Positions 62,395-64,000 of a DNA stretch of 64,000 nucleotides are shown piece after piece; the first letter of the stretch is position 1; every line of letters starts with the position of its first letter. A model generated the notes under the pieces. That model was not told the origin of the DNA, searched no databases, and saw only the letters and a list, made by a program, of their open reading frames with translations. The position numbers and the translations under genes were made by a program. This DNA comes from Mobula hypostoma (Eukaryota), in the NCBI RefSeq assembly GCF_963921235.1, contig NC_086107.1, forward strand, positions 100,256,001-100,320,000, given 5' to 3'.

Positions 62395-63245
62395 TGACAG
62401 TCAACACTGGCACACCTCAAGGATGCGTGCTTAGCCCATCGCTCTTCTCTCTACAACCACGTGCGTGTGGCTCAACCACCATCTACAAATTTGCCGATGA
62501 CACAACTATTGTTGGCAGAATTTCAGTGAGTAATGAAGAGGTGTACAGGAGTGAGACAGAATAGATCAGCTGGTTGTGGGGTGTTGTAGCAACAACCTCA
62601 CCCTCAATGTCAGTAAAACTAAGGAATGGATTGTGACTTCAGGAAGGGGAAGTTGAGGAAACACACACCAGTCCTCATCAAGGGATCAGCAGTGGTAAGG
62701 GTGAGCAGTTTCAAGGTCCAAGGTATCAACACCTCTGAGGATCTATCCTAGCCCAACATATTGATGCACTTACAAAGAAGGCATGACAGTGGCTATATTT
62801 CATTAAGAGTTAGAGGAGACTTAGTATGTCATCAAAGACTCTCGCACATTTCTACAGATGTACCATGGAGATCATTCTGACTGGTTGCATCACCATCTGA
62901 TATGAAGGGGGCATTGAACAGGATTGGAAAAAGCTGCAGGAAGCCGCAAACTCAGCCAGTTCCATCATGAGCACTAGCCTCCCCAGCATTAAGGACATCT
63001 TCAAAAGGCAATGCCTCAAAAAGGCAGCAACTATCGTTAAGGACTCCCATCAGCCAGGACGTGCTCTCTTCTCAAATGGATAATGAACACATGAACACTA
63101 CCTCACTATTGCACCCCCCACACACTTTTTTTGCACTACTTATTTAATTTAATTTTGCATAGCATATTGTTCTTAATTATGCATTGTGATGTACTGCTGC
63201 TGCAAAGCATCGAATATCATGGCGTGTGTCAGTGATATTAAACCA
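62395..63245 (+). mobile_element. Rex1/L2-like LINE RT fragment
   Basis: NTGTPQGCVLSPSLFSL, IYKFADDTTIVG, NNLTLNVSKTKE. Confidence 0.8.
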
Positions 63246-64000
63246 TGGGTAGAGAAGGCGATGAGGTCCTGCAAAGTGAGTTCAGGGAGTTAGGTACCAA
63301 GTTAAAGGAAAGGACGTCCACAGTGATCTCAGGATCGCTACCTGTGCCATGTGCTAGTGAGGCCAGAAATAAGGAAGATAATACAGTTTAACACATGGCA
63401 AAAAAGATGGTGCAGGAGGGAAAGTGGGACCTGTGAAGATGGGATGGAACTGGAGGGGGACCAATATCTTTGCAGGAAGGTTTGTTAGTGCTGTATGGGG
63501 AATTTAAACTAGAGTTGCAGAGGGATAGGAACCAGAGCATCAGAACAGATAGTGAAGTAGCTCTAGGGAAAAATATCATTAACCCTGTATACATTTCAGG
63601 AATCGAAAGGCTGAGCATAGAGGGACTGATGTTCTAGGTTGTGTATATTCTAATACAAAGAATATTGTAGGAAAGGCAGGTGAGCTTAGGGCATGGATTG
63701 CCATGTGAAATTATGACACTGTAGCTATTAGTGATGCTTGGTTGCAGGAGGAGCAGGACTGGCAGCTCAATGTTCCAAGATTCCATTGACTTAGACGTGA
63801 TAGATAAAGGGAGAAGGCTGGCATTACTAATGAGGGAAAAAGTCATGGCAGTGCTCGTCAGGACAGACTGGAAAGCTTGGCTAGTGAGGCTATATATGGG
63901 TGGAACTGAGGACTAAGAAAGGGATGACCACATTAATGGGATTATATCATAGACCACCTAATAGTCAGCAGGATTTAGAGAAGCAAGTTTATAGAGAGAT
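63246..64000 (+). mobile_element. Degraded CR1 ORF1 end / ORF2 start (continues beyond the window)
   Basis: Homologous to 10000-10800 on the opposite strand (ISGSLPVPCASE, GTNIFAGRF, YHRPPNS). Confidence 0.75.

Overview
Vertebrate genomic DNA. The repeat set (CR1, Penelope-like, V-SINE, Tigger, Rex/L2-like) suggests a cartilaginous fish, probably a ray; this is an inference. Two genes are recognisable, both on the + strand: the last coding exon of SLC25A38 (1125-1247) and a complete 7-exon RPSA/uS2 gene (about 29971-41460). RPSA has a CpG island, a TATA box and TCT initiator, and three intronic SNORA6/SNORA62 (E2)-family H/ACA snoRNAs. Most of the remainder is transposon debris: CR1 LINEs, Penelope-like elements with hammerhead-ribozyme motifs, a Gypsy element broken by nested insertions, Tc1/Tigger/hAT elements and SINEs. 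The most notable observations are: (1) a TSD-flanked 2-kb L1 in RPSA intron 5 that keeps ORF1 and both ends but has lost nearly all of ORF2 (half-L1-like); (2) reshuffled guide pockets among the three snoRNAs, including a possible orphan pocket; (3) an in-frame 78-nt extension of RPSA exon 6; (4) an array of long back-to-back hairpins in RPSA intron 1; (5) a set of minus-strand exon-like segments at 51-60 kb that I cannot assign. Repeat boundaries are approximate unless a TSD or TIR is quoted. Comparisons with human sequences are recalled from memory, not searched.
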